Shown: in pieces, positions 25,850-34,285 of the stretch | Layout of the letters: each line of letters starts with the position of its first letter | Position numbering within the stretch: the first letter of the stretch is position 1 | NCBI GenBank assembly: GCA_016199985.1 | Contig: JACQFQ010000011.1 | Span: 28,168-92,167, forward strand | DNA length: 64,000 bases | Reading direction: 5' to 3' | Source: Verrucomicrobiota bacterium | GTDB taxonomy: Bacteria > Verrucomicrobiota > Verrucomicrobiia > Limisphaerales > UBA11320 | The notes under the pieces: model-generated | The model's input: the letters and a program-made list of their open reading frames with translations, nothing else | Databases searched by the model: none | What the model was told of the DNA's origin: nothing | Translations under genes and position numbers: made by a program

Positions 25850-26520
25850 AGGCAAACCATTCCATTCAGTTCGTGTGTCGTTGGGCCGTTCGCCGCTTGG
25901 TCGCCCTGGCGGCTGGCTTCGCCGCGCTCGCCGCCATGGCCGCTGTTGAGCCGTCCGATCGCAGAGCCCCGGAACCCGCGGTCTCAACCAACAATCCCGC
26001 CCCCATTATTCGAACTAACGCTCCGGTCATCCTCGACTACGCGTCGTTCAAAATCATCCAGGACCGGAACATCTTCAATCCGAACCGGACCGCCCGCGCC
26101 TCGCGCGGAGGCTCCGAGACGGAGAAGCCCAAGCCCCCCAAGATTCAACACGCGACACTTGTGGGGATCATGTCGTACGCCAAGGGGGATTTCGCCTTTT
26201 TCGACGGGTCGGACAGCGAGTTTCGCAAGTCGCTGAAGAAGGAGGAAAAAATCGCGGGCCATCTCATTGTTGATATCGCCCCCGAAAAGGTCACACTCAG
26301 CATCGCTGGGAAGTCCGTGAGCCTCCCTGTGGGCGGGCAGATCAAGCGGGTTGAGGAAGGACCCTGGGAGGTGGCGACAGGGTCCGCGAAAGTCGCCTCC
26401 GCGGCGGCGACAGGAACGGGTTCGTCGGAGTCCGGCGGCGAGTCGGCCTCGGGCGGCGAGGATGATGTGTTGAAACGTCTTTTGAAAAAGCGAGAGCAGG
26501 AGTCAAAAAATGAAAAATAG
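25846..26520 (+). CDS. GspC/PilP-like periplasmic component (hypothetical)
   Basis: N-terminal anchor or signal (LVALAAGFAALAAMAA). A beta-rich segment LVGIMSYAKGDFAFFDGSD...IAGHLIVDIAPEKVTLSIAGKSVSLPVG. Acidic, Ser-rich tail. ATGA overlap at 25846. Confidence 0.4.
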   Translation: MKANHSIQFVCRWAVRRLVALAAGFAALAAMAAVEPSDRRAPEPAVSTNNPAPIIRTNAPVILDYASFKIIQDRNIFNPNRTARASRGGSETEKPKPPKIQHATLVGIMSYAKGDFAFFDGSDSEFRKSLKKEEKIAGHLIVDIAPEKVTLSIAGKSVSLPVGGQIKRVEEGPWEVATGSAKVASAAATGTGSSESGGESASGGEDDVLKRLLKKREQESKNEK

Positions 26521-28111
26521 AAATCTTCACCCAACCGGCGACGCGTGGATGGCGGCGCGCCTTTGCTTCGCGATCGCGCTGATCCTCTTCGGCGCCGAAT
26601 CCCTGTCCGCGCAGGATCCCAAACCGGAAAAGGACGACGCGCCCCCGGCCGCGGCGGGGAAGGAACTCCCTCCTCCCGATGCCGCAAGGCCGATGCGGCT
26701 CAACTTCCGCGGCGTCGCGCTCGAAATGGTGCTGAATCACCTCAGCGAAGCCGCCGGCTACATCATCGTCATTGAGCCCGAGGCCAAGGGCAAGCTGGAC
26801 ACCAAGATCGACGCCTGGAGCAACCAGGCGGTGTCCCAGGAGGAGGCCCTCACCATCCTGAACTCCGCGCTCAGCCGCGCCGGCTGCGCCGCCATCCGAA
26901 ACGGGCGCACACTGACGATCGTGACGAAGGATGAAGCCAAGAAGCGCGACCTCCCTGTGAAGAGCGGCAGCAACCCCTCCGAGATCCCGCGCAACGACGA
27001 CATGGTCACGCAGATTCTCCCGATTCGCTTCATCAACGCCGCGCAGCTCACCAAGGATCTGCAGCCGCTCGTCTCGGAAAAGGCCACGATGACCGCCAAT
27101 GAGAGCGGGAACGCGCTCGTGATCACGGATACCCAGATCAACATCCATCGCTTCGCCGAAATCATCCGCGCGCTCGACACCTCCCTCTCCAGCGCTTCGA
27201 TGGTCAAGGTGTTCGCGCTCCGATTCGCCGACGCGAAGCAGCTCTCCGCCGTGATTCGCGATCTGTTTCCCTCCACGGGGACGCAAGCCGGCGGCGGCGG
27301 GGGCGGCGGCAGAGGCGGGGGCGGCTTTGGCGGCTTTGGCGGCTTTGGCGGCGGCGGCGGGGGTTTCGGTGGCGGCGCAGGCGGCGGCGGGAATGCCGCT
27401 TCCACGGCCAACACCGGAGGACGCCCCGGCGCGTCGCGCGTCATCGCCTCGGCGGACGAATACAGCAATTCCCTGATCGTTTCGGCGCCAGACGATGTGA
27501 TGCCCACGATTGAGGAGATGGTGAAGGGCGTGGACACTCCGGTTCAGGATGTGACGGAGGTGCGCGTGTTCCGGCTGAAGAATTCGGATCCCACTGAGAT
27601 GTCGGAAATGCTCGCGAACCTGTTCCCTGACGACACACGCACGGGCGACGCCAACAACCGGCAGCAAGTGCGATTCGGCGGCGGCCCGTTCGGCGGCAAT
27701 CCTTTCGGACAGACCGCGGCCGCAGGGGCCAACAGCGAGCGAGCCAAGAAGAAGGGGCGCGTGCTGGCCGTCGCGGATCCACGAACAAGTTCCCTGGTCG
27801 TGAGCACGTCGCGCGACCTGATGATCCAGATCGCCCAGATGATCGAGCAGCTCGATGCCAGTCCGGCGAAACGCCAGCGGGTCTTCGTCTACTCGCTCGA
27901 GAACGCCGACACCAAGGAAGTCGAGCAAGTGCTGCGGGGCATGTTCGAGCGCACCACCACGCAGAACAATCGGAACAATTCCCAGCAGGACAGCGTTCTC
28001 ACAACCCGCAGCACGTCCAGCCAGGCGACGGGCGTCGGCTCTTCGCGTAGCTCCACGGGCTCCGGGTTTGGCGGCACAGGCGGGACCGGCGGAGGACGAA
28101 ACACGCCCTGA
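26510..28111 (+). CDS. Secretin N-domain protein (N0 plus 3.5 Secretin_N modules) lacking a pore domain
   Basis: Signal peptide, then an N0-like stretch (LNFRGVALEMVLNHLSEAAGY...). Repeated modules follow, each '[VI]x[VI]FxLxxADxxxLxxxLxxLF ... RVxAxADxxxNSLIVxA......I..LD'. Gly/Phe-rich loops are inserted in these modules. The last module stops after its first half. Confidence 0.8.
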   Translation: MKNRNLHPTGDAWMAARLCFAIALILFGAESLSAQDPKPEKDDAPPAAAGKELPPPDAARPMRLNFRGVALEMVLNHLSEAAGYIIVIEPEAKGKLDTKIDAWSNQAVSQEEALTILNSALSRAGCAAIRNGRTLTIVTKDEAKKRDLPVKSGSNPSEIPRNDDMVTQILPIRFINAAQLTKDLQPLVSEKATMTANESGNALVITDTQINIHRFAEIIRALDTSLSSASMVKVFALRFADAKQLSAVIRDLFPSTGTQAGGGGGGGRGGGGFGGFGGFGGGGGGFGGGAGGGGNAASTANTGGRPGASRVIASADEYSNSLIVSAPDDVMPTIEEMVKGVDTPVQDVTEVRVFRLKNSDPTEMSEMLANLFPDDTRTGDANNRQQVRFGGGPFGGNPFGQTAAAGANSERAKKKGRVLAVADPRTSSLVVSTSRDLMIQIAQMIEQLDASPAKRQRVFVYSLENADTKEVEQVLRGMFERTTTQNNRNNSQQDSVLTTRSTSSQATGVGSSRSSTGSGFGGTGGTGGGRNTP

Positions 28112-28172
28112 CCAGAAGCTCCTGCCGCTCTTGAGAGCGGTCTCGATCATCCATTTTTCAATCTTGAAACAC

Positions 28173-29381
28173 ATGACAACACGATCAATGACGCGGACGG
28201 GACTGATTTCCTTGCTTATGGGCTTGGCGCTTGGGCTGGCGGTTTCCGCGCAGGCGCAGAGGGCGGGCGGCGGGGGCGGCGGTTTTGGCGGGGGCGGCGG
28301 CGGCGGTCTTGGCGGTGGTGGCGGTGGCGGCGGGGGGGGCGGGACGCAAAGCCGGCAGTACTACAGCAACGGCACCGTTGGCGAAGCCCTCATCTCCAGC
28401 GATCCGGAGAGCCGGCGCCTGATCGTCATCACCGATGACGAGACCAGCCAGTATATCAGCCAGGTCATCACCAATCTGGACCGCCCCAAGCCGCAGGTCT
28501 TGATCAAGGTCGTGTTTCTCGAGGTGACCCACAACGACGGCTCGGACATCGGCATCGAAGGCTCCCTGAAGCGGAAGATGGATAGCGGCGGCATGTTCGG
28601 CGCGGTGTCCAATCTGTTCGGCCTCGGAACCGCGGGCGCTCTTCCTGTCCCCCCGGGCGCGGGCATCTACCAGATTCTGGGCAACGATTTCCAGGCCACG
28701 CTGCGAGCGATCGCCTCGGCCGGGAAAACCGAGGTTCTCTCCCGTCCGTCCATTCTCACCCGCAATAATCAGCCGGCAACGATCACCGTCGGTCAAACGC
28801 TGCCTTTCATCACGAACGTCCGCTACGACGTCAACGGCAACGCGATCAACACGGTTCAGTACCAGGACATCGGAATCATTCTGCGCGTCACGCCCTACAT
28901 CACTTCGGATGGCTTGGTTGAAATGATCCTCGCCCCCGAAATCTCCTCTCTCACCGACCAGACCGTCACCATTTCGAGCGGCGTGACCGCGCCCGTGATC
29001 GCCAAGAGGTCGGCGGACACGGTCGTGGTGACGCCCGACAGCCAGACCGTCGTGATCGGCGGGCTCATGCAAAACAACAAGACGCAGTCCACGAGCAAGA
29101 TCCCCATCCTGGGCGACATCCCGATCCTCGGACTGGCTTTTCAACGGAAGGTGAAGGCGAACACGAAGACCGAGCTGTTGATCTTTTTGACGCCCCACAT
29201 TGTGAAGGAACCGAGCCAGCTGGCGAGGTTGACGGAGACAGAAAAGCGCGGCGCGCAGCTCGCGCCAAAGGCTTTTACCGACAAGGAGCTCGACGCTTTT
29301 GTCGATGGGCTTTCTGTGAAGCAGCCGGAACCGGCGCCCAAGCCGTCCAAGAAACCGTTGCGTCCTCAAGAGCGCAACTAG
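28173..29381 (+). CDS. gspD: Secretin pore subunit (GspD C-terminal part)
   Basis: Own signal peptide MTTRSMTRTGLISLLMGLALGLAVSAQAQ and a Gly run. Next comes a half N-domain (EALISSDPESRRLIVITDDETSQYISQVITNLD). The secretin domain follows: VLIKVVFLEV...VLSRPSILTRNNQPATITVGQ...PILGDIPILGLAFQ...ELLIFLTPHIV. Confidence 0.9.
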   Translation: MTTRSMTRTGLISLLMGLALGLAVSAQAQRAGGGGGGFGGGGGGGLGGGGGGGGGGGTQSRQYYSNGTVGEALISSDPESRRLIVITDDETSQYISQVITNLDRPKPQVLIKVVFLEVTHNDGSDIGIEGSLKRKMDSGGMFGAVSNLFGLGTAGALPVPPGAGIYQILGNDFQATLRAIASAGKTEVLSRPSILTRNNQPATITVGQTLPFITNVRYDVNGNAINTVQYQDIGIILRVTPYITSDGLVEMILAPEISSLTDQTVTISSGVTAPVIAKRSADTVVVTPDSQTVVIGGLMQNNKTQSTSKIPILGDIPILGLAFQRKVKANTKTELLIFLTPHIVKEPSQLARLTETEKRGAQLAPKAFTDKELDAFVDGLSVKQPEPAPKPSKKPLRPQERN

Positions 29382-29441
29382 GCTGGGTCAAGCCCCGGTT
29401 CGCAGGCCTCGGGTTCGCGTCGACCGGCGCGAGCGCACAAG

Positions 29442-31025
29442 ATGAACGAGACAGAGAACAAGCGACACGGCGTGGCGTGGCGGGGCGTTCGCGGGCGCCA
29501 AGCGGCAGTCCATTTTATTCTGGCCGCGGCTTGGCTGGCCATTGCGGGCTGGCAGGCGATTGAACATCTTCGTGTTCGGGAAACGGCGAGGCAAGGCCTC
29601 CTGGGCCGAGGCCGCGACATCACCACGACGCTGGGCCTGGTGATTCGCTCGCAGCGCCGATTCGGGAGCGTGTTCCAGGATCGCATCGAGCCCGCCCTTG
29701 AGGAACTCGTGAAGACGGCGGAGGTGGAGTCCATCCATTTGCTGAACAAGTCGGACGTGGTGGTCGCCTCCGCCGGCGGACCCCTCGACCTGACCGCGCG
29801 CTCCCCCGCCGGTCAGGGGGAGCGCTGGGATTCACACTCGGTGACAGTGGTGAACCTGATGGATTTGGGAACCCGCTCCGCGACGAATAGGGAGGACGAT
29901 CCGCCCATCATCGTTCTGCCCCGGCGCGACCCCGGCGGATCGAACGCCCTGGGCGGAGGCGATCCGTTTCGCTTTCCGTGGAGGGGTGGCCGGCCTCCCG
30001 ACACAAACGGGCCGGATCTCTTTGCCTTCGCGCCCTTCGGCCCGCCCCGGCAAGGCCCCCCGGAGCCGCCCCCGCCCGAACGACCCAGGGAAGGCCCGGG
30101 GCGTCGCGGGTTTGGCCGGCCCCCGTGGATGTCGGAGGAGCAATACAAGCAGCTCATCACTCGCCAGGGCGTTCACAGCTTCGTCGTGGTGCTCTCCACG
30201 CTCTCGGTCGAGCGCGCCATCGCCGCCGATCTCTGGGCCCGCGCGGTGGTCGCCATCCTGGGCGCCGTCGCGGTCGCCGGCGTGTCGCTCGCTTGGCGGA
30301 ACACCGCCAACTCGGCGCAGTTGAAGCTGCGATTGCTCCGCGCCAGCGAGCTGAACAATCATCTGAGGGAAATGAACATCGCGGCAGCGGGACTGGCGCA
30401 TGAGACGCGCAATCCGCTCAACATTGTTCGCGGCCTGGCTCAGATGATCTCCAAGCGGGACGACGCGCCGCAGGAGATCCGGCAGCGCGCCTACGACATC
30501 ACCAGCGAGGTGGATCGCGTCACCGACCAGCTGAACCAGTTCATCAACTATTCCAAGCCGCGGGACGTGAAGAGCTCCATCGTGATTCTCGATCGCGTGG
30601 TGGACGAAGTGGTGCGCGCGCTGGGCGCCGACCTGGAGGAGAAGCGGATCCGCCTGACGTTCCTGCGAGCCGACCTGCGCATCATCGCCGACGACCAGAT
30701 GCTGCGGCAGACGCTTTTCAATCTCGTGATCAACGCCATCCAGGCGCTCGGGCCCGACGACCAGATCGAAATCTCCTCCGGAAGATCCGCGCCGTCGCTC
30801 GCCTTCCTTGAGATTCGCGACACCGGGCCCGGGGTGGCCGAGTCGGACCGGAGCGCGATCTTCAAGCCCTACTTCACCCGACGCTCCGAGGGCACCGGTT
30901 TGGGGCTCGCGGTCGTGCATCAAATTGTCCTTGCGCACGGATGGGACATCGAGTGTGTTGCGAACGAGCCGCGCGGCGCCGTGTTTCGGATTCATGATAT
31001 CAAGCTGGCGTCGACGGCGACTTGA
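29442..31025 (+). CDS. Sensor histidine kinase (NtrB/PilS-like)
   Basis: Two TM segments flank a periplasmic domain with a Pro/Gly-rich stretch. H-box LAHETRNPLN, N-box NLVINAIQA, G1 IRDTGPGV, G2 GTGLGLAVV. Confidence 0.9.
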   Translation: MNETENKRHGVAWRGVRGRQAAVHFILAAAWLAIAGWQAIEHLRVRETARQGLLGRGRDITTTLGLVIRSQRRFGSVFQDRIEPALEELVKTAEVESIHLLNKSDVVVASAGGPLDLTARSPAGQGERWDSHSVTVVNLMDLGTRSATNREDDPPIIVLPRRDPGGSNALGGGDPFRFPWRGGRPPDTNGPDLFAFAPFGPPRQGPPEPPPPERPREGPGRRGFGRPPWMSEEQYKQLITRQGVHSFVVVLSTLSVERAIAADLWARAVVAILGAVAVAGVSLAWRNTANSAQLKLRLLRASELNNHLREMNIAAAGLAHETRNPLNIVRGLAQMISKRDDAPQEIRQRAYDITSEVDRVTDQLNQFINYSKPRDVKSSIVILDRVVDEVVRALGADLEEKRIRLTFLRADLRIIADDQMLRQTLFNLVINAIQALGPDDQIEISSGRSAPSLAFLEIRDTGPGVAESDRSAIFKPYFTRRSEGTGLGLAVVHQIVLAHGWDIECVANEPRGAVFRIHDIKLASTAT

Positions 31026-31030
31026 TCCTT

Positions 31031-32449
31031 ATGCCAGCCAGCGCGCAGCCAGCACCCGGATCCGCCGGGCTTGTGTTGATCGTGGACGACGATCCCGGTC
31101 AGCGCAGCCTTCTCAACTCCTTTCTGCAAGGACAAGGCTTCCAAACGCTCACCGCCGACTCCGGCGAGGCGGCGCTCTCCATCCTGAAACTGCACCCGAT
31201 CCAGCTGATGATCTCGGATGTCCGGATGCCGGGGCTTTCGGGCCTGGAGACTCTGAGGTCCGCGCGGCGGCAGAACCTGAACGTCCCCGTTCTCCTGGTG
31301 ACGGCCTATGCGGACATCCGGGACGCGGTCACGGCGATGCGCGACGGCGCGGTGAACTACCTCAGCAAGCCCATCGATCTTGATGAGCTGCTCAGCTCCG
31401 TCCGAAAGGCCATTGGAGTTCCGACGGGCGACGGGTTGCGATTGAACGGAGGGTTGCGGCTTCCCTCGTGGGTCGTCGGGGCGAGCCCGCTGATGGAGTC
31501 GGCGTTCCGCGACGCGGCCCTGATCGCCGGATCCGACAGCCGGGTGCTGATCACCGGCGAGAGCGGCGTGGGGAAAGAGGTGCTCGCCGACCTGATCCAT
31601 TATTGGAGCCCGCGTCAGAGCAAGCCCATGGTGAAGGTGAACTGCGCGGCGATCCCCGCCAATCTTCTGGAGAGCGAGCTGTTCGGACACGAGAAGGGAT
31701 CGTTTACGGGCGCCTCGCAGCAGCGGATCGGCCGCTTCGAGGCCGCGAACGGCGGCACTCTCTTTCTCGATGAAATAGCGGAACTCGCGCCCGCCCTTCA
31801 GGGAAAGCTTCTCCGCGTGACACAGGACGGATGTTTTCAGCGCGTGGGTTCGAATGTGGACATCCGCAGCGACGCGAGGCTGATTACCGCGACAAACAAA
31901 AACCTCGAGGAGGAGGTGCAGAAGGGGCTGTTTCGGGAGGATCTGTTCTATCGGCTCACCGTGTTCGAGTTGAATCTGCCCGCTCTGCGGGAGCGGCCGG
32001 AGGACATCCTGCCGTTGGCGCATCACTTTATCCGGCAGCTGACGCAAGGGCGCGCGAGGCTGTCTCCGACCGCGGCTGAGAGTCTTCTCGCCTACGCCTG
32101 GCCTGGCAATGTGCGGGAGCTGAGGAATGCCATGGAGCGCGCGGCGTTGCTGTCGGGCGGGGAGCTGATTCTTCCGGATCATCTGCCGACCAAGCCGCGG
32201 CAGGCTTCTGCCGCAACGGCGCGTGTCGTCGCGGGCGCTTCCGCCAAGCTGGAGGAGGTGGAGAACCAGGCCATTCTGCTCGCGTTGGCGCAGCATCATT
32301 ACAATCGGACGGAGGCGGCGAAGGCCTTGGGCATCAGTCGGAGGAACCTGCTCTACAAACTGCATCGCCTGCGCGGGCTCGGTCATGTCGTCGATCCGCC
32401 GGACCCGTCCGGTTCCGCGTCCGCATCCGCATCCCCGCCCGGTTCGTAG
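31031..32449 (+). CDS. Sigma-54-dependent Fis-family response regulator (NtrC/PilR-like bEBP)
   Basis: Receiver domain (LIVDDDP...ISDVRMPG). AAA+ domain with [24 protein letters not shown] (GAFTGA variant) and LFLDEI. C-terminal [23 protein letters not shown]. An alternative TTG start lies at 31022. Confidence 0.95.
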   Translation: MPASAQPAPGSAGLVLIVDDDPGQRSLLNSFLQGQGFQTLTADSGEAALSILKLHPIQLMISDVRMPGLSGLETLRSARRQNLNVPVLLVTAYADIRDAVTAMRDGAVNYLSKPIDLDELLSSVRKAIGVPTGDGLRLNGGLRLPSWVVGASPLMESAFRDAALIAGSDSRVLITGESGVGKEVLADLIHYWSPRQSKPMVKVNCAAIPANLLESELFGHEKGSFTGASQQRIGRFEAANGGTLFLDEIAELAPALQGKLLRVTQDGCFQRVGSNVDIRSDARLITATNKNLEEEVQKGLFREDLFYRLTVFELNLPALRERPEDILPLAHHFIRQLTQGRARLSPTAAESLLAYAWPGNVRELRNAMERAALLSGGELILPDHLPTKPRQASAATARVVAGASAKLEEVENQAILLALAQHHYNRTEAAKALGISRRNLLYKLHRLRGLGHVVDPPDPSGSASASASPPGS

Positions 32450-32581
32450 AGTGATCGGGTCGGGGCCCATCCCGAACTGGGGGCGTAAAGCGGGTCGTTC
32501 TTCAGGCGTTCGGCCGTCCGCTGTGGAGTGCGGAACGTCCAGAGTCAGAGCGTGCGCCCCTTCAACCCTCGCACCCCTCTG

Positions 32582-32799
32582 CCTCTGGGCGGCTGACGGA
32601 TGAGGTTGCCCGCGAAATACGCTAAAGACGCGAAAGAGGCGGGACAGAAAACCGGTGCTTCCACATCCTCGATCCATTCCCATTTCGCGCTTTTAGCGTG
32701 TTTCGCGGGCAAGCTCCCGGACCCCGATGGTCCTCATTGCGCAGTGCTGACGAAATGGAAGCTGGGACATCGTCAGGACTGGAAACATGACTTCGGTCA
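32582..32799. repeat. MITE/REP-like repeat, copy 2 (inverted relative to copy 1)
   Basis: The reverse complement aligns with 5581-5774 over ~195 bp, with one ~12-bp indel and scattered mismatches. Internal arms are 32606-32635 and 32683-32712. Confidence 0.8.
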
Positions 32800-33001
32800 T
32801 CCCGCGCTCTTTGCGGAGCCCGTTGTCGATCCACAACGCTATCGCGGCGCCTGACACGCCGCACGGCGTTTCCCGTCCCAGAATCACCACGGCGCCGGCT
32901 TTGTCGGTAACCGTGCTTCGCCCCTGTCGATCGCGCCGTTTCGCCTTGAAGCGCAGGCTGGCGTTGTGCGTCCATTTGTCGCGACTACATTCTTTATGTC
33001 T

Positions 33002-34246
33002 ATGCACCCGTTCACTCTTGCCGCTCTTCTCGCCCTGGCCTTCTCCATTGAACCCACGCTCTCCGCCGCCGATTGGCCTCAGTTCCGTGGGCCGGACCGC
33101 TCTGACAAGTCCTCCGAAACCGGCCTTCTGAAGTTTTGGTCCTCCGGTGGGCCCAAACAGGTCTGGCTCATCAAGAATGCCGGACTGGGTTATTCGGGCA
33201 TCTCGGTCGTGAAAGGGCGCGTCTTCACCATGGGGGCTCGCACGGATAGCGACAGCCAGCGGGAGTATTTGATCGCGCTCGACGAAAAGGACGGCCATGA
33301 GCTCTGGGCCACCCCTATCGGCGGCTTGTATGTCAACAACTGGGGCGATGGCCCTCGGGGCACGCCCACTGTGGACGGTGATCGCGTCTATGCTCTCGGG
33401 GGGCAAGGCGACCTGATCTGCGCTGAAGCCGCAACCGGAAAGCCTGTCTGGAAGGCCACCATGAAGAGTCTCGGCGGGAAGGTTCCCGGTTGGGGCTATT
33501 GCGCGTCGGTGCTCGTGGATGGCGATAAACTGATCTGCACTCCTGGCGGTGGCCAGGGCGCCATGGCGGCGCTCAACAAGTCAACGGGCGCCGTGGTGTG
33601 GCAGGCGAAGGCTTTCGTCGACGATGCCCACTACTCGTCGATCATCACCGCCAACATCAACGGCCAGCATCAGCTCATCCAGCTTACGCCCAAGTTCATC
33701 ACCGGTGTGAACGCCAAGGATGGCCAGGTCCTCTGGCAGTCGGATTGGCAGGGTCGAACCGCCGTGATCCCCACGCCCATCCAGCGAGACGGTCAAGTGT
33801 ATGTGACCTCGGGATACGGCGCCGGATGCAAGGCGGTCAAGGTGGGCGCCGGGAACGAGGTTGCCGATGTGTTCGCCAACAAGGTCATGAAGAATCACCA
33901 TGGCGGTGTCGTGCTGGTGGGAGACCATCTGTACGGCTACTCGGACGGATCCGGCTGGGTGTGTCAGGATTTCAAAACGGGCGTGGAGGTGTGGTCCTCG
34001 AAGGCCTTTGGCAAGGGCGCGGTAACGTACGCCGATGGAATGCTGTATTGCCTCGAAGAAGAGTCGGGAACCGTGGCGCTTGTCGAAGCGTCGCCGAAGG
34101 GTTGGAGCGAGAAGGGGCGGTTCACCCTGGCCCCCCAGACCACCCTGAGAAAGCGCGATGGACGCATCTGGACTCACCCCGTTGTGAGCAATGGCAAGCT
34201 CTTCCTCCGCGATCAGGAACTGATCTTCTGCTTCGCCGTCCGCTGA
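33002..34246 (+). CDS. Secreted PQQ-like/BamB-like beta-propeller repeat protein
   Basis: Signal peptide MHPFTLAALLALAFSIEPTLSA followed by ADWPQFRGPDRS. Repeated 'G.V..... G.l.a.d..tG..lW' blades. Confidence 0.8.
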   Translation: MHPFTLAALLALAFSIEPTLSAADWPQFRGPDRSDKSSETGLLKFWSSGGPKQVWLIKNAGLGYSGISVVKGRVFTMGARTDSDSQREYLIALDEKDGHELWATPIGGLYVNNWGDGPRGTPTVDGDRVYALGGQGDLICAEAATGKPVWKATMKSLGGKVPGWGYCASVLVDGDKLICTPGGGQGAMAALNKSTGAVVWQAKAFVDDAHYSSIITANINGQHQLIQLTPKFITGVNAKDGQVLWQSDWQGRTAVIPTPIQRDGQVYVTSGYGAGCKAVKVGAGNEVADVFANKVMKNHHGGVVLVGDHLYGYSDGSGWVCQDFKTGVEVWSSKAFGKGAVTYADGMLYCLEEESGTVALVEASPKGWSEKGRFTLAPQTTLRKRDGRIWTHPVVSNGKLFLRDQELIFCFAVR

Positions 34247-34285
34247 CCCGTGGAATTCCTGCGGGGCTTGGGCTGTTGCCGTCGG

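Noticed and set aside
27288-28343. GGN-rich repetitive stretches considered as possible CRISPR or other spaced-repeat arrays.
   Set aside because: They are in-frame coding microsatellite-like tracts encoding Gly/Phe runs, with no repeat-spacer periodicity. No cas genes are in the window.
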